A program made the position numbers and the translations under genes. The notes under the pieces are model-generated. The model was not told where the DNA came from. It worked only from the letters and a program-made list of their open reading frames with translations, and ran no database searches. 64,000 bases of DNA from Candidatus Omnitrophota bacterium (GTDB lineage: Bacteria; Omnitrophota; Gorgyraeia; Gygaellales; Profunditerraquicolaceae). The stretch lies in assembly GCA_003598135.1 (NCBI GenBank), contig QZKA01000024.1, forward strand, positions 619 to 64,618, read 5' to 3'. Shown one piece after another: positions 47,278 through 56,720 of the stretch. The first letter of the stretch is position 1. Every line of letters begins with the position of its first letter.

Positions 47278-48621
47278 CTATATCAGTGCTTTAAGCACTT
47301 TAGTGACCCTACTATTATTGGGAAGATTTTTTATATCCTTTACCGTAAAATGGCGTTTTGAAAAGTTATTTTGGATTTCTTCCAGGTCTTCTACAGTAAG
47401 TTCATCATTTGCGAATGGCATAAGCGACGGGGCTAATTCTTCTAAATCTCTGCCCTTTATGAGATGCCTATAATTAACATACTCTTCGGTGCCAGGTATA
47501 GGGGTATAAGGTAGTACCACCGGCAAACATCCTAATTTCCAAACGTCTATCAAAGTAAGGAGAATCGATTTCAAACTTTGTTCTGGCAGACCTATCAGAA
47601 CAAATAACCAAATGTCGTTTTCATAACGCATGGTTTTATGGCAAAAATAACCTTCTTCCTTAAATAATTTTACCACCTTCTCAAAATAAGAAAGTTTTAG
47701 TTTCTTATGAAACCTGTGCTGCAAATTAGAATCGCTGCTTTCTAAAGCCAAGCCTATATAGCTAACTCCGCTTAAACGCAATTTTCTAATAATCTCAGGA
47801 TAAATTAAACGTGGATCGAAGCCCTCGGGGATCTGGATAGAAAGATCTAGTTCCAATTCTATAATCCTATCCAGTAATTTTTCAAAATACTGTTTTGCAT
47901 CCTGTAAAATATTTGACTCCCAAAATACTATTTTCCTAATGCCGCTACTAACGCGCAACTGCAACTCAGCGATAACATCTCCTATCGGACGGTGCGTAAT
48001 AATTTTACCTTCGACCTTCGGGACTGCACAGTAGCTGCAGTTGTTACAACAACCGCGAGTGGTTTTTATTATTGCGTATTTATATTCCCTTTCTTTCATT
48101 AACTCCATAGCGGGCGGCAAATCGCTGGCTCCTTTAAATTGTCCGATAATAACATTATCTGCCTTTGATCTCTTGGCATGTTCGGGAGCAAGAGTTGGAT
48201 AAATTCCTCCTATGGTAACAGGGATATCAGGATATAACTTTTTACAGATCTCTACTACCTTGTGGACGCCCTCCCAATAAAAAGTCAAGGATGAACCTAC
48301 GTAGATTTCATCGGGTTTCTTAATTTTTTTTAGCTCAGTATTAAAAAACGAATAAGGCTTACCAATATGATAACGCTTTTTAAATATTTTCTTACTCCCC
48401 ATACCACATCTTTTTTTATCAACATACCTACCTGGCTCCTTATAAGGATGGTCTTCTCCTATATATTTATACATCCCCTCTAGAAAATCAAAAAAGCATA
48501 CCCGGCAACCTTGATTTTTTAAAAAAGCCCCGATTTTTAATAATCCTGTGTTGTAGTCAAAGTTTGCGTTTGGGCGACTATCTAACAAAGGGGGATTTAT
48601 TAGTAGTATTTCTTTAGTCAT
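47278..48621 (-). CDS. B12-binding-domain radical SAM protein (class B)
   Basis: N-terminal cobalamin-binding Rossmann domain (ILLINPPL...) and a radical-SAM core (TTRGCCNNCSYCAVP). Confidence 0.8.
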   Translation of the reverse strand: MTKEILLINPPLLDSRPNANFDYNTGLLKIGAFLKNQGCRVCFFDFLEGMYKYIGEDHPYKEPGRYVDKKRCGMGSKKIFKKRYHIGKPYSFFNTELKKIKKPDEIYVGSSLTFYWEGVHKVVEICKKLYPDIPVTIGGIYPTLAPEHAKRSKADNVIIGQFKGASDLPPAMELMKEREYKYAIIKTTRGCCNNCSYCAVPKVEGKIITHRPIGDVIAELQLRVSSGIRKIVFWESNILQDAKQYFEKLLDRIIELELDLSIQIPEGFDPRLIYPEIIRKLRLSGVSYIGLALESSDSNLQHRFHKKLKLSYFEKVVKLFKEEGYFCHKTMRYENDIWLFVLIGLPEQSLKSILLTLIDVWKLGCLPVVLPYTPIPGTEEYVNYRHLIKGRDLEELAPSLMPFANDELTVEDLEEIQNNFSKRHFTVKDIKNLPNNSRVTKVLKALI

Positions 48622-48648
48622 AGGAATGTTAGGCCTTACAGCCTTACT

Positions 48649-49629
48649 TTATAACGGTTTTATTTCAGAGTCTCCGTAATGAAACACATAATTTAAAAAT
48701 ACTCCTGGGCAATATTGCTCAATTTGACAATGGAAACATTTGCTTAATTTGTGGTACGAAAAAACCCTCGTGTACAAAAATATTGCATCAGATATATCGT
48801 TCTCTATTTTACATAATAAATTCGTTTTATAATTTTTGCTGCAAGAGACTGTCTTGGAAAATTTTTCTGGTGACAGCTCTTTTAAAACACACAAAGGAAA
48901 ACCGACAAAATTAAAATTAGAATTTCTAAATTTCCTTATTATTTCTTTATAAGAAGGTATTAAGCTTTTATAGGGAAGCTTGGCCTTATATTTAAGATGC
49001 AGTATCGAAAGGGGTACTTTTGTTACCTTAGCGCATAGACTAATTATTTTATCTACATGGTTTATATTTTGCTTAAGTAACAATGTGTGCAGATAAATTT
49101 TTACCCCTGGATGTGACCTTAGATTATCCACTCCGCTTCTCAGTAAATTATAACTCTTGTGATTAGCAACTATCTGATTATGCAATTTATTTATACCGTA
49201 TACCGGAATGGATATATTCCTTAATCCGTATCTTACTAGTTTTTCTGTAAATGACGAATTCGAAAAAAATTCTCCGGAAGATATGGTTTCAATTGTCTTA
49301 AAACCATACTTATTTGCAGATTCTAACAAATCCAAAATCCCCGGATAACGCAATGGTTCATTAGCGGCAAGAAGCAAGTGAGATATGTTATTTTTTCTAT
49401 TTAAATGCATCGAATTTTTTAGGCTGGCAAGAATTGAATCGTTATAACCTTTCTTAGGATCATCTTTATGAAAACAAAAAATGCAATAATTACAACATCC
49501 GGTCTGGAAACTTATAATATTATACTTCTTATTACACCCGAGCCCCTTTAATAAATGAAGCTGTTTATCGAATGGGGCAGTAAAAATACTTAAAAGGCCT
49601 TTATTATCTTGGTTAAAATCTAAATACAT
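48649..49629 (-). CDS. radical SAM protein, ~300-aa paralogous family member (copy 1)
   Basis: CCNYCIFC is a CxxxCxxC motif. The C-terminus reads CFHCQIEQYCPG...GDSEIKPL. Closest relative is the second domain of the 694-aa fusion (LHTLLLKQN). Confidence 0.75.
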   Translation of the reverse strand: MYLDFNQDNKGLLSIFTAPFDKQLHLLKGLGCNKKYNIISFQTGCCNYCIFCFHKDDPKKGYNDSILASLKNSMHLNRKNNISHLLLAANEPLRYPGILDLLESANKYGFKTIETISSGEFFSNSSFTEKLVRYGLRNISIPVYGINKLHNQIVANHKSYNLLRSGVDNLRSHPGVKIYLHTLLLKQNINHVDKIISLCAKVTKVPLSILHLKYKAKLPYKSLIPSYKEIIRKFRNSNFNFVGFPLCVLKELSPEKFSKTVSCSKNYKTNLLCKIENDISDAIFLYTRVFSYHKLSKCFHCQIEQYCPGVFLNYVFHYGDSEIKPL

Positions 49630-49641
49630 ACATTCTAATTT

Positions 49642-50784
49642 TTAAAAATACGTTTGACTGATTTTTCCAAAAATTAACAAATTTATTATAGGAAATTTAA
49701 CTAATACCGTAATGAAGGCGCCTAAAAATATAAAGGGCGCCAACGGCAAAGTTTTATATATCTCTATTGTTTCCGATGAACGATTTCTCAATAAGTCCGT
49801 TCTAACTTCATTAATTTGATCTTGAGTTAAGCCATCAGGATAGAGTTTACCAATTTTTTTGAAACCAAATTTCAAAATTGACTCATCAGTAAGCTGTAAC
49901 CTATCCGGCAAGTTTGCAACCGGCACCTCTTCTATTATATCATTTCTTAAAGAAAGCAATTTCCGGAGAGAATAAAAAAGCACAAAAAAGTAAGTAAAAT
50001 TCTTTAAGTACACAATAAAACTAAGAATCGCACTTGATCCGAAAATAATGAAAGAATTAACTAGAAGGCAAATCATTAAAAAACTTGAAAAAACAAGAAT
50101 GGATACATGTTTCAATAGGGTTTTATTGAATGTTCTATACAACAAAAGCGGCATTAAATAGCTCAACATTGACAAAGAAGAATCCAATTTTAGTTGAGGA
50201 AAATTCATATTAAGCACAACCAACTGAATCAACATAATAAAAGTAAGGTAACTCAACACAAACCTTAAACATTTAAATATTCTCTTTTTGATATATTTAA
50301 AAATATTTTTTAAGGAAAACAAAAAAACGTCATAAAAACTGCGAGAGCCGCTCTGTAATACCTTATTTTTAATAAAAACAACTACTTTCGTGAAATAAAC
50401 AGCTAACAAGAAAATAAAAAGCAACACAAAGACATTTGTTAAGAAAACAATTATGGGATAAAGCGGCAAAATTTTCTGAAAGGGATTTACTTTTAAAAGC
50501 ACAAAAAATGAAAACATAATAAAAAGCTTAGAATCTCCGGCAGCCCAGAATCCAAAATACCAGATTAAAAAGGCGACCAAAGTTATTAACGCGGCGTTTA
50601 TAATCACAAAAGAAAGAAAATGGAAACTCAAATACTTGAACAACAGCAAATACATAAAACTTATAAATGAAAAAAATATGCCTACGATTACCAAATTGTT
50701 CTTAATTTTTGAATATCTGATGTCGCTATACGAACTAAACAAACCGATGATCAAAAATATTAAAAAATAAATAAAATTTTCCAT
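49642..50784 (-). CDS. polytopic membrane protein with a split prepilin-peptidase (A24/TadV-like) aspartyl-protease signature
   Basis: SYSDIRYSKIKNN parallels the D(L/I)RxxxIPN motif, WAAGDSKLFIM parallels GxGDVKL, and the C-terminal TLPLAPFIFLGAF parallels PFGPFLALGA. A ~200-aa multi-TM insertion sits between the motifs. Confidence 0.55.
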   Translation of the reverse strand: MENFIYFLIFLIIGLFSSYSDIRYSKIKNNLVIVGIFFSFISFMYLLLFKYLSFHFLSFVIINAALITLVAFLIWYFGFWAAGDSKLFIMFSFFVLLKVNPFQKILPLYPIIVFLTNVFVLLFIFLLAVYFTKVVVFIKNKVLQSGSRSFYDVFLFSLKNIFKYIKKRIFKCLRFVLSYLTFIMLIQLVVLNMNFPQLKLDSSLSMLSYLMPLLLYRTFNKTLLKHVSILVFSSFLMICLLVNSFIIFGSSAILSFIVYLKNFTYFFVLFYSLRKLLSLRNDIIEEVPVANLPDRLQLTDESILKFGFKKIGKLYPDGLTQDQINEVRTDLLRNRSSETIEIYKTLPLAPFIFLGAFITVLVKFPIINLLIFGKISQTYF

Positions 50785-50829
50785 TTAAGATTTAATGTTT
50801 CTTGCAGCTAATTTTGCGTTTCGGTCCGG

Positions 50830-51807
50830 TTAACGAGTAGCATGAATTCTTCTTATAATTACATCGGGATTACAAAAAATGGGATAGAGTTCTTTGCTTC
50901 CGTAAATATTGATATATTCTTTTTGGATTCCCGCACAAATTCTATTGGCCGAACAATGGGCGCAACACTCAACTTTAATTCTAAATTTCGTAGGCTTCAC
51001 CTGCCTTAATTTATCCGTCCTTTTTTTACTTATAAATGAACAAATATAAAGTTCATTCTTGACTATTTTCCTGGTTTCAGACGAAAGCTCTTCAAAGCCT
51101 TGCATATAACATAATGGAACTCGCTCAATTCTCATTGTCCTCTCATGCGTTCTCAGCAATTCAACAGTTTTCTTCAACTCCAGCTCGATATCTGTATACC
51201 TTGCTACAATCCATTGGTTATTTACTACCCTACTATTAATTTCACCATCCGCCTTCCCCGGGTCGAGATTATTATAAACAAAATGTTTTATACCAGGAAA
51301 AGCCTTAATGAAAAATTTCGCAGTGTTAGACAGATTTTTACAATTAAGCGTATTTATAGTACTATTGAGCGCCACATGGAATCCTACTCTCAATGAGTTC
51401 TCTAGCCCTTTTATTGCCTTTTTAAAATGGCCTTTCTTTTGAGATAATTTGTCTGCGATGCTGCTGCTATCGGAATGAATCGAAATATTTATATCCCTTA
51501 AACCAGCCTTAAAAAGTTTTTTAGTTAAGCGAGGGTCCTCCAGTTTGCAACCATTCGTTATGATCCTGCTTGCAATGCCGTTTTTTTGAATAAATGATAT
51601 TACTTCCGGCAAAAAGCTTACCAATGTCGGTTCTCCGCCAGTAAGAATAATTTCAGTGATGTTCTGTTTTTTTAAAGCGATAATTTTGTTTTTTATTTCA
51701 CCTAAGCCATAATTTTTTTTAAATTGGGGGTTAGAACAAAATAAACATTCATTATTACATTCCCGGGTAATCTGAAGATAAGCTGCTTTTCTAGACCTTG
51801 GGCTCAT
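50830..51807 (-). CDS. radical SAM protein, paralogous family member (copy 2)
   Basis: CNNECLFC, GGEPTL, ISIHSDS, ERVPLCYMQGFEE and the C-terminal CCAHCSANRICAG. Confidence 0.75.
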   Translation of the reverse strand: MSPRSRKAAYLQITRECNNECLFCSNPQFKKNYGLGEIKNKIIALKKQNITEIILTGGEPTLVSFLPEVISFIQKNGIASRIITNGCKLEDPRLTKKLFKAGLRDINISIHSDSSSIADKLSQKKGHFKKAIKGLENSLRVGFHVALNSTINTLNCKNLSNTAKFFIKAFPGIKHFVYNNLDPGKADGEINSRVVNNQWIVARYTDIELELKKTVELLRTHERTMRIERVPLCYMQGFEELSSETRKIVKNELYICSFISKKRTDKLRQVKPTKFRIKVECCAHCSANRICAGIQKEYINIYGSKELYPIFCNPDVIIRRIHATR

Positions 51808-51819
51808 CGGAGGCGTAGT

Positions 51820-52746
51820 TTATTTAAAAGTAAATAATAAAGGTTTCTCGTTTTTGATTTTACCCACCTCTTTATCGTTAAGAAAAACGGAAATGGTTTT
51901 TTTACCAAGAATAATGTTATTTCCGTTCTCAAGTCTATTATACGCACAAAGATAATTTCGATCTTTCTCAAAGCCGTGGTTTTGATTTATGCTTTTATAT
52001 ATGAAATTATAACGGGCGCTTCCTGCTGACATATCAACACTATTAAAAAAAAATGTTTTTCCGTTATTCAAAACAAGTACAGGAAGCTTTAAAAAAAACT
52101 CAATGTATTCCCGAATTTCAGTTTCCGAAACACAAATCGAATTTAGGACTTTTTGCGCATACTTTTTTGACTCATTACACGTATAAGAACATGGAAAATG
52201 TGAAATTAGCGCCCCAAAACGAGAGCCGGGGAATGCGTGTAAATTGTTTAAGTAAAATGAAGGCGTTCCTTTGGTATTCTCAAATGCACTAGATATTAAT
52301 TTTATTGATGGAGAATTTGTATTTTGTTTAAAGAAATTTATGCAGCATTGTGGGTATCCTAATAAATGGCCTATGGTTTCATCAACCATAGAGAAAAACT
52401 TTCTTCCTGACGAATATATACCTTTTATTCTTTTATCTTCCTGCTCTTTTAAAGCCTTAGCAAGTTTTGGTAATTTCGATGCGTAAAATATTATTTGGCC
52501 GCCATGGCTATGTAAAGGTGCCGCCCTTAACATCTTTTTTGTTCTTTTGATTTTATAATCGGAATGGGTTATATATATTCCGTTTTTCTCATAAATTTTT
52601 TTTATTCCTTTAAATTGCCCATGGTCGATTATGCTTCTCTGTGTAGGCTTAATACCATTTCTCAATGCCAAATACTCAAAATTAATATTTTCAATAACTT
52701 TGATGGCTTTCAATATATGTTGCGTATCGATTTTAACTCTACTCAT
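51820..52746 (-). CDS. hypothetical Cys-motif protein (308 aa) embedded in the rSAM cluster
   Basis: Motifs HLLGYPQCC and HFPCSYTC. No recognisable family. Confidence 0.4.
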   Translation of the reverse strand: MSRVKIDTQHILKAIKVIENINFEYLALRNGIKPTQRSIIDHGQFKGIKKIYEKNGIYITHSDYKIKRTKKMLRAAPLHSHGGQIIFYASKLPKLAKALKEQEDKRIKGIYSSGRKFFSMVDETIGHLLGYPQCCINFFKQNTNSPSIKLISSAFENTKGTPSFYLNNLHAFPGSRFGALISHFPCSYTCNESKKYAQKVLNSICVSETEIREYIEFFLKLPVLVLNNGKTFFFNSVDMSAGSARYNFIYKSINQNHGFEKDRNYLCAYNRLENGNNIILGKKTISVFLNDKEVGKIKNEKPLLFTFK

Positions 52747-53663
52747 TTGATCGGGGCGAGCTCAAGCCAGCCTATCTTTTCAGCATACGTTACATCAATC
52801 CCGCTGCATAATTTGTAGTGCCTGCAAGGTGAGCAAATCGGTGTTTTTGTAGTAGCTGAACTACGGTGGAGCATTGTCTTTTCTTTATTTTTAATATAGT
52901 ACGGTGTTTCTGGAATCCCTACATAATTCTCGTAACCACCCATTAGGCAAAATGGCATAGTTTCTATCTTAATGGGCAGCTCTTTTTTGTCGCCATACGA
53001 ACGCTTTAGTTTGTCAATCGCTTTTTTAAATTCTTTCGCTAACTCTGAGTATGAAACAAAGAGCTGATTAAAAAATTTATCTGCATTTCCTGCATACATG
53101 AGGGTGTTCAGTATTATACAATCGATTTTTTCGAAAGCCAGCAACATCTTAATAAGAAAATAAATATTTTTATAATTTAGCTTGGTAAGCGTAGAACATG
53201 TATTTACCTTTAACCGAAAAATATCTTTTAAGGCAACTATATTCTTCAATCCTTGGACGGTTTGCGCATATCCATTGGGAGTACGAGTTAAAGCTTCATG
53301 AATTTTTTTTGAGCTTCCATGGATAGAAATATTGACTTCTGTTAAGCCTGCTTTGACGAGCTCATCGACATAGCTACCGTAACTCAGCAATCTTCCGTTT
53401 GTTTGAAGGCAAATGTGTTTATATCCTTTTTGTTTCGCTAATTTAATAAAATTAGTTAAATTTTTATTAAGCGTGGGTTCGCATGTAGTAAAAAGCATTG
53501 AGTCAAGCGATTCGATCTTTTTACTTTGTTTTAAAAACCCTTCGGGTGTAAGCCAAGCAGCGTTTTTAAAAGACAGGTCCGGTTTGCGATCAGAACAAAA
53601 AACACAATTATTATTACAGGCAGCGCTTGTAAATATGGTAAGCCGGTCATTATCCATACGCAC
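52743..53663 (-). CDS. radical SAM protein, paralogous family member (copy 3)
   Basis: CNNNCVFC, ISIHGSSKKIHEALT, ETMPFCLMGGYEN and CSPCRHYKLCSG. Confidence 0.75.
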   Translation of the reverse strand: MRMDNDRLTIFTSAACNNNCVFCSDRKPDLSFKNAAWLTPEGFLKQSKKIESLDSMLFTTCEPTLNKNLTNFIKLAKQKGYKHICLQTNGRLLSYGSYVDELVKAGLTEVNISIHGSSKKIHEALTRTPNGYAQTVQGLKNIVALKDIFRLKVNTCSTLTKLNYKNIYFLIKMLLAFEKIDCIILNTLMYAGNADKFFNQLFVSYSELAKEFKKAIDKLKRSYGDKKELPIKIETMPFCLMGGYENYVGIPETPYYIKNKEKTMLHRSSATTKTPICSPCRHYKLCSGIDVTYAEKIGWLELAPIK

Positions 53664-53698
53664 CCTATGTTACTATGCTTCTACTTTCTCAGCCGTAT

Positions 53699-55783
53699 TC
53701 AAGGTAAACTGGTTAATGGCTTAAATTCGCCATCGCCATACAGCTTTAAATATAGGTCGGGAATCCCCATACAAAAATTATTTAATTTGCATTGACTGCA
53801 TTTAGTCAAAAAAGATATTTTATCTTCCATATACGTTCCTTCATTACAAAAAATTAACCTGTTCATTGAAATTTTAACGAAAGGATTGTTTTCATAAAAA
53901 TTACCTGGTTGAAGCAATTCGTCTTCAGTATAACCGGATATGGCACTTTTTAAATAAAATTTTGGCAACACACAATACGGTATCCTGATTTTAGCACGGT
54001 CCATAACCTTGTTATGCTTTAATATTTTCGCAATGTCAGAGAATTTAGGAGCAAATTCATAGTAATCGCGCTGGTCGCTATTTCTTGGTCTTACCATGCA
54101 AAAATTTATCGGAAATATTCTAAAGTAAGAAGCAATAAAATCGTATATTTTGGATATAAATAAATAGTTTTGCTTCAAAAGCAAAGAGTGCAACATTATT
54201 TCTACCTTAGGAAATCTCTGCAAATTCCTGATTGCGTTTAATAAGATTTTGAAGCTCCCACGGGAACCAGTAATTAAATCGTGAGATTCGTCATTATATC
54301 CATAAATGGACAATTGGACTTTGTCAACACCGGAAGCACAGAACTTACGGGTAAAATTAAAATTAATCAATCTTTCGCCAGAAGTGGCCAGCCTAATTTC
54401 TCTATAGCCTAATTCTTTCGCATATTTTATTACTCTTAATAAGCCCGGGTAATTTAAGGGTTCATTGCCTCCTATCCTTAGCGTATCTATTTTCAAGCTA
54501 TTGTGGATATAGGATAAATCTGATTCTATCTTATTCGGCTTTACCACAATTTCCTTATTTTTTTTGTTTTTCAGAGAACGCGAGCAAAAAATACAGCCTT
54601 TTTTACATGGAGAAGGAATTTCGCAAGAGACAAAACAGTTTTTAGAAGATTTTTCTGGTATGGGCACTAAGACTTTATATCCGTTGTTTTTAATGCGGCC
54701 GCACTGCATTCCATCGCAGGTAGCGGTAAATTTACATAAAGCGCATCTAGGGCTTTTTACAAAATAACGGTTTTTTATAAAAAAATCTAGAAAGTCAAAT
54801 ATATCTATATCATGGCCTTTATTAACTATCGGCTGACTTTCAAGCATCCTTTCAGAAATCTCGTTGTTTTTTATGCAATACGGCATATTTTTTGGCTTGA
54901 GGATACCGTCACGTTTAAATAACGATATGTCATCGCAAAAACTTTTCAAAACACAATAATCGCACCGAGTGCCTTTGCATCTTAAAGTAATATTATTTTT
55001 AAGATATTTCTCAAATTCTGCTTTTCTCCCCATTACTTCATAAAATAATTTTGCAGGGCTCTGTATTAAGTCTTCATAACCTTCGAAATATTGAGCGGGA
55101 AAACGGTTTGTGAAAATATTTAATTTTCTGTTTTTTGATAATTCAAATGCCTTTTTCAAATAGCTTAATTCTTTTTCAATGTCATAAAAAAGGATACTTC
55201 GATTATTCCACGCCCTACCAAAAGGCACTATTTGTAATAAATCAAATTCGCTTACGCCTATTCCTATAAAAAACTTTATAATACTTTCAAGCCTCCTTAC
55301 ATTTAATTTATTAACAACGATATCTTGGCTTACAATTAGCTTAGGAGACTTTAGCGCATTAATTAATCCCGCTAACGACTGAAAATAAGAGCCAGCTACT
55401 TGCGTTATACGATCATGGGGTTTTTCCTCGCATTCATGAATAGAAAAAGTTATCTCTTTTAAGCCGGAGGATATTGTATCCTGTAAAAAACTCTTATATG
55501 CAAACATCCTCCCGTTAGTTATAACCTGTATATGGCTATATCCTATCTTATTTGCGAATCTAACAATCTCTTGAAATCTTGGATGCAAAGATGGCTCTCC
55601 CCCGCTCAAAACTGCCCTTCTTATATTTTCTTTCCGCCCCTTCATTAATTCAGATTTCACTAGAGAGAACTCGATACAACTTCCGTCTTGTGATTCATAA
55701 TCCAAACAAAAAAGGCATCTATTATTGCACGCCTTAGTTAATCGGACCCAATATCTTTTTTCCTCCGGAGAACTTTTTGACAT
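53699..55783 (-). CDS. tandem double radical SAM protein (two complete rSAM domains, 694 aa)
   Basis: Domain 1 has CNNRCLFC, GGEPSL and SIHECEEKPHD. The linker carries CDYCVLKSFC and CALCKFTATCDGMQCG. Domain 2 has CKKGCIFC, GGNEPL and the C-terminal CSQCKLNNFCMG. Confidence 0.75.
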   Translation of the reverse strand: MSKSSPEEKRYWVRLTKACNNRCLFCLDYESQDGSCIEFSLVKSELMKGRKENIRRAVLSGGEPSLHPRFQEIVRFANKIGYSHIQVITNGRMFAYKSFLQDTISSGLKEITFSIHECEEKPHDRITQVAGSYFQSLAGLINALKSPKLIVSQDIVVNKLNVRRLESIIKFFIGIGVSEFDLLQIVPFGRAWNNRSILFYDIEKELSYLKKAFELSKNRKLNIFTNRFPAQYFEGYEDLIQSPAKLFYEVMGRKAEFEKYLKNNITLRCKGTRCDYCVLKSFCDDISLFKRDGILKPKNMPYCIKNNEISERMLESQPIVNKGHDIDIFDFLDFFIKNRYFVKSPRCALCKFTATCDGMQCGRIKNNGYKVLVPIPEKSSKNCFVSCEIPSPCKKGCIFCSRSLKNKKNKEIVVKPNKIESDLSYIHNSLKIDTLRIGGNEPLNYPGLLRVIKYAKELGYREIRLATSGERLINFNFTRKFCASGVDKVQLSIYGYNDESHDLITGSRGSFKILLNAIRNLQRFPKVEIMLHSLLLKQNYLFISKIYDFIASYFRIFPINFCMVRPRNSDQRDYYEFAPKFSDIAKILKHNKVMDRAKIRIPYCVLPKFYLKSAISGYTEDELLQPGNFYENNPFVKISMNRLIFCNEGTYMEDKISFLTKCSQCKLNNFCMGIPDLYLKLYGDGEFKPLTSLP

Positions 55784-55793
55784 AATGGCGTTA

Positions 55794-56720
55794 TTAATTC
55801 TCCTCCTTCTTAAACTCTTTCTGGCCGTATTTTCTTAGGTATTCTTGCCAAATGCCCCAGCAATTACTACTCACTGGACAATTCTGACATTCTTTAACCT
55901 TCACATAGGTAATGATTTTATTTTTTGATACCGCATAATACTCCCTGTACTTTGTTACTGATGAATGGGGTAAAAAATTTTCTTCATTTCTGGAATCACC
56001 GTATCGAATCGAGTTATTTTTAAAGTATTTATGAAAATAGCAGCCAACCGGTGGGTTAAGCAAGCACCATGAGAAACCAAGGCCTTGTCCTTTATCTAAG
56101 GCACGTACTATATAAGGCGCTGCTTCTGATATACGCGGCGTGAGGCTTTTAAATATAGATTCATTTTTCGTGATTATATACATAAATTCCGCCCTCTTTA
56201 TCTGATATGCAAGTAAGATTTTACCAATAGACGGCAAATATTTGTAATTTTGCTTGGTAATCGTAGTATTGGTTCCTATCTGATTGAACCCTAATTTTTT
56301 TAAATTTTCTATCCCTTTTACTAATTGCTGAAAACTCCCTGCTGTATCGGTAAGATAATCGTGCACCTTGGGGCTATGGCCGTGCAAAGAAAAATCTATT
56401 TCTGATACACCGGATTTTATCAATTGCCGGGCAAAATCGTCGTACGCCAACATTCTGCCGTTTGTACTTATTCTCACTTTTTTAAAACCGATTTTTTTTC
56501 CGTATGCAATCAACTCGCAAATGTCCTTCCTTATAGTCGGTTCTCCTCCGATTAGATTAAGCCAGCTCTTCCCGATCTTTTTTGCTGCTAAAATTTCACT
56601 TTTAACTTCTTCTGTCGTTTTCTCGGACAGATGACGGTTCTCCCGGTCATAACAAAATAGGCAACCGTTATTACATTTAAATCCAAATACAATAGCGGCA
56701 TGATCGCTTATGTTGTTCAT
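55794..56720 (-). CDS. radical SAM protein, paralogous family member (copy 4)
   Basis: CNNGCLFC, IGGEPTI, FSLHGHSPKVHDYLT and CQNCPVSSNCWG. Confidence 0.75.
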   Translation of the reverse strand: MNNISDHAAIVFGFKCNNGCLFCYDRENRHLSEKTTEEVKSEILAAKKIGKSWLNLIGGEPTIRKDICELIAYGKKIGFKKVRISTNGRMLAYDDFARQLIKSGVSEIDFSLHGHSPKVHDYLTDTAGSFQQLVKGIENLKKLGFNQIGTNTTITKQNYKYLPSIGKILLAYQIKRAEFMYIITKNESIFKSLTPRISEAAPYIVRALDKGQGLGFSWCLLNPPVGCYFHKYFKNNSIRYGDSRNEENFLPHSSVTKYREYYAVSKNKIITYVKVKECQNCPVSSNCWGIWQEYLRKYGQKEFKKEEN

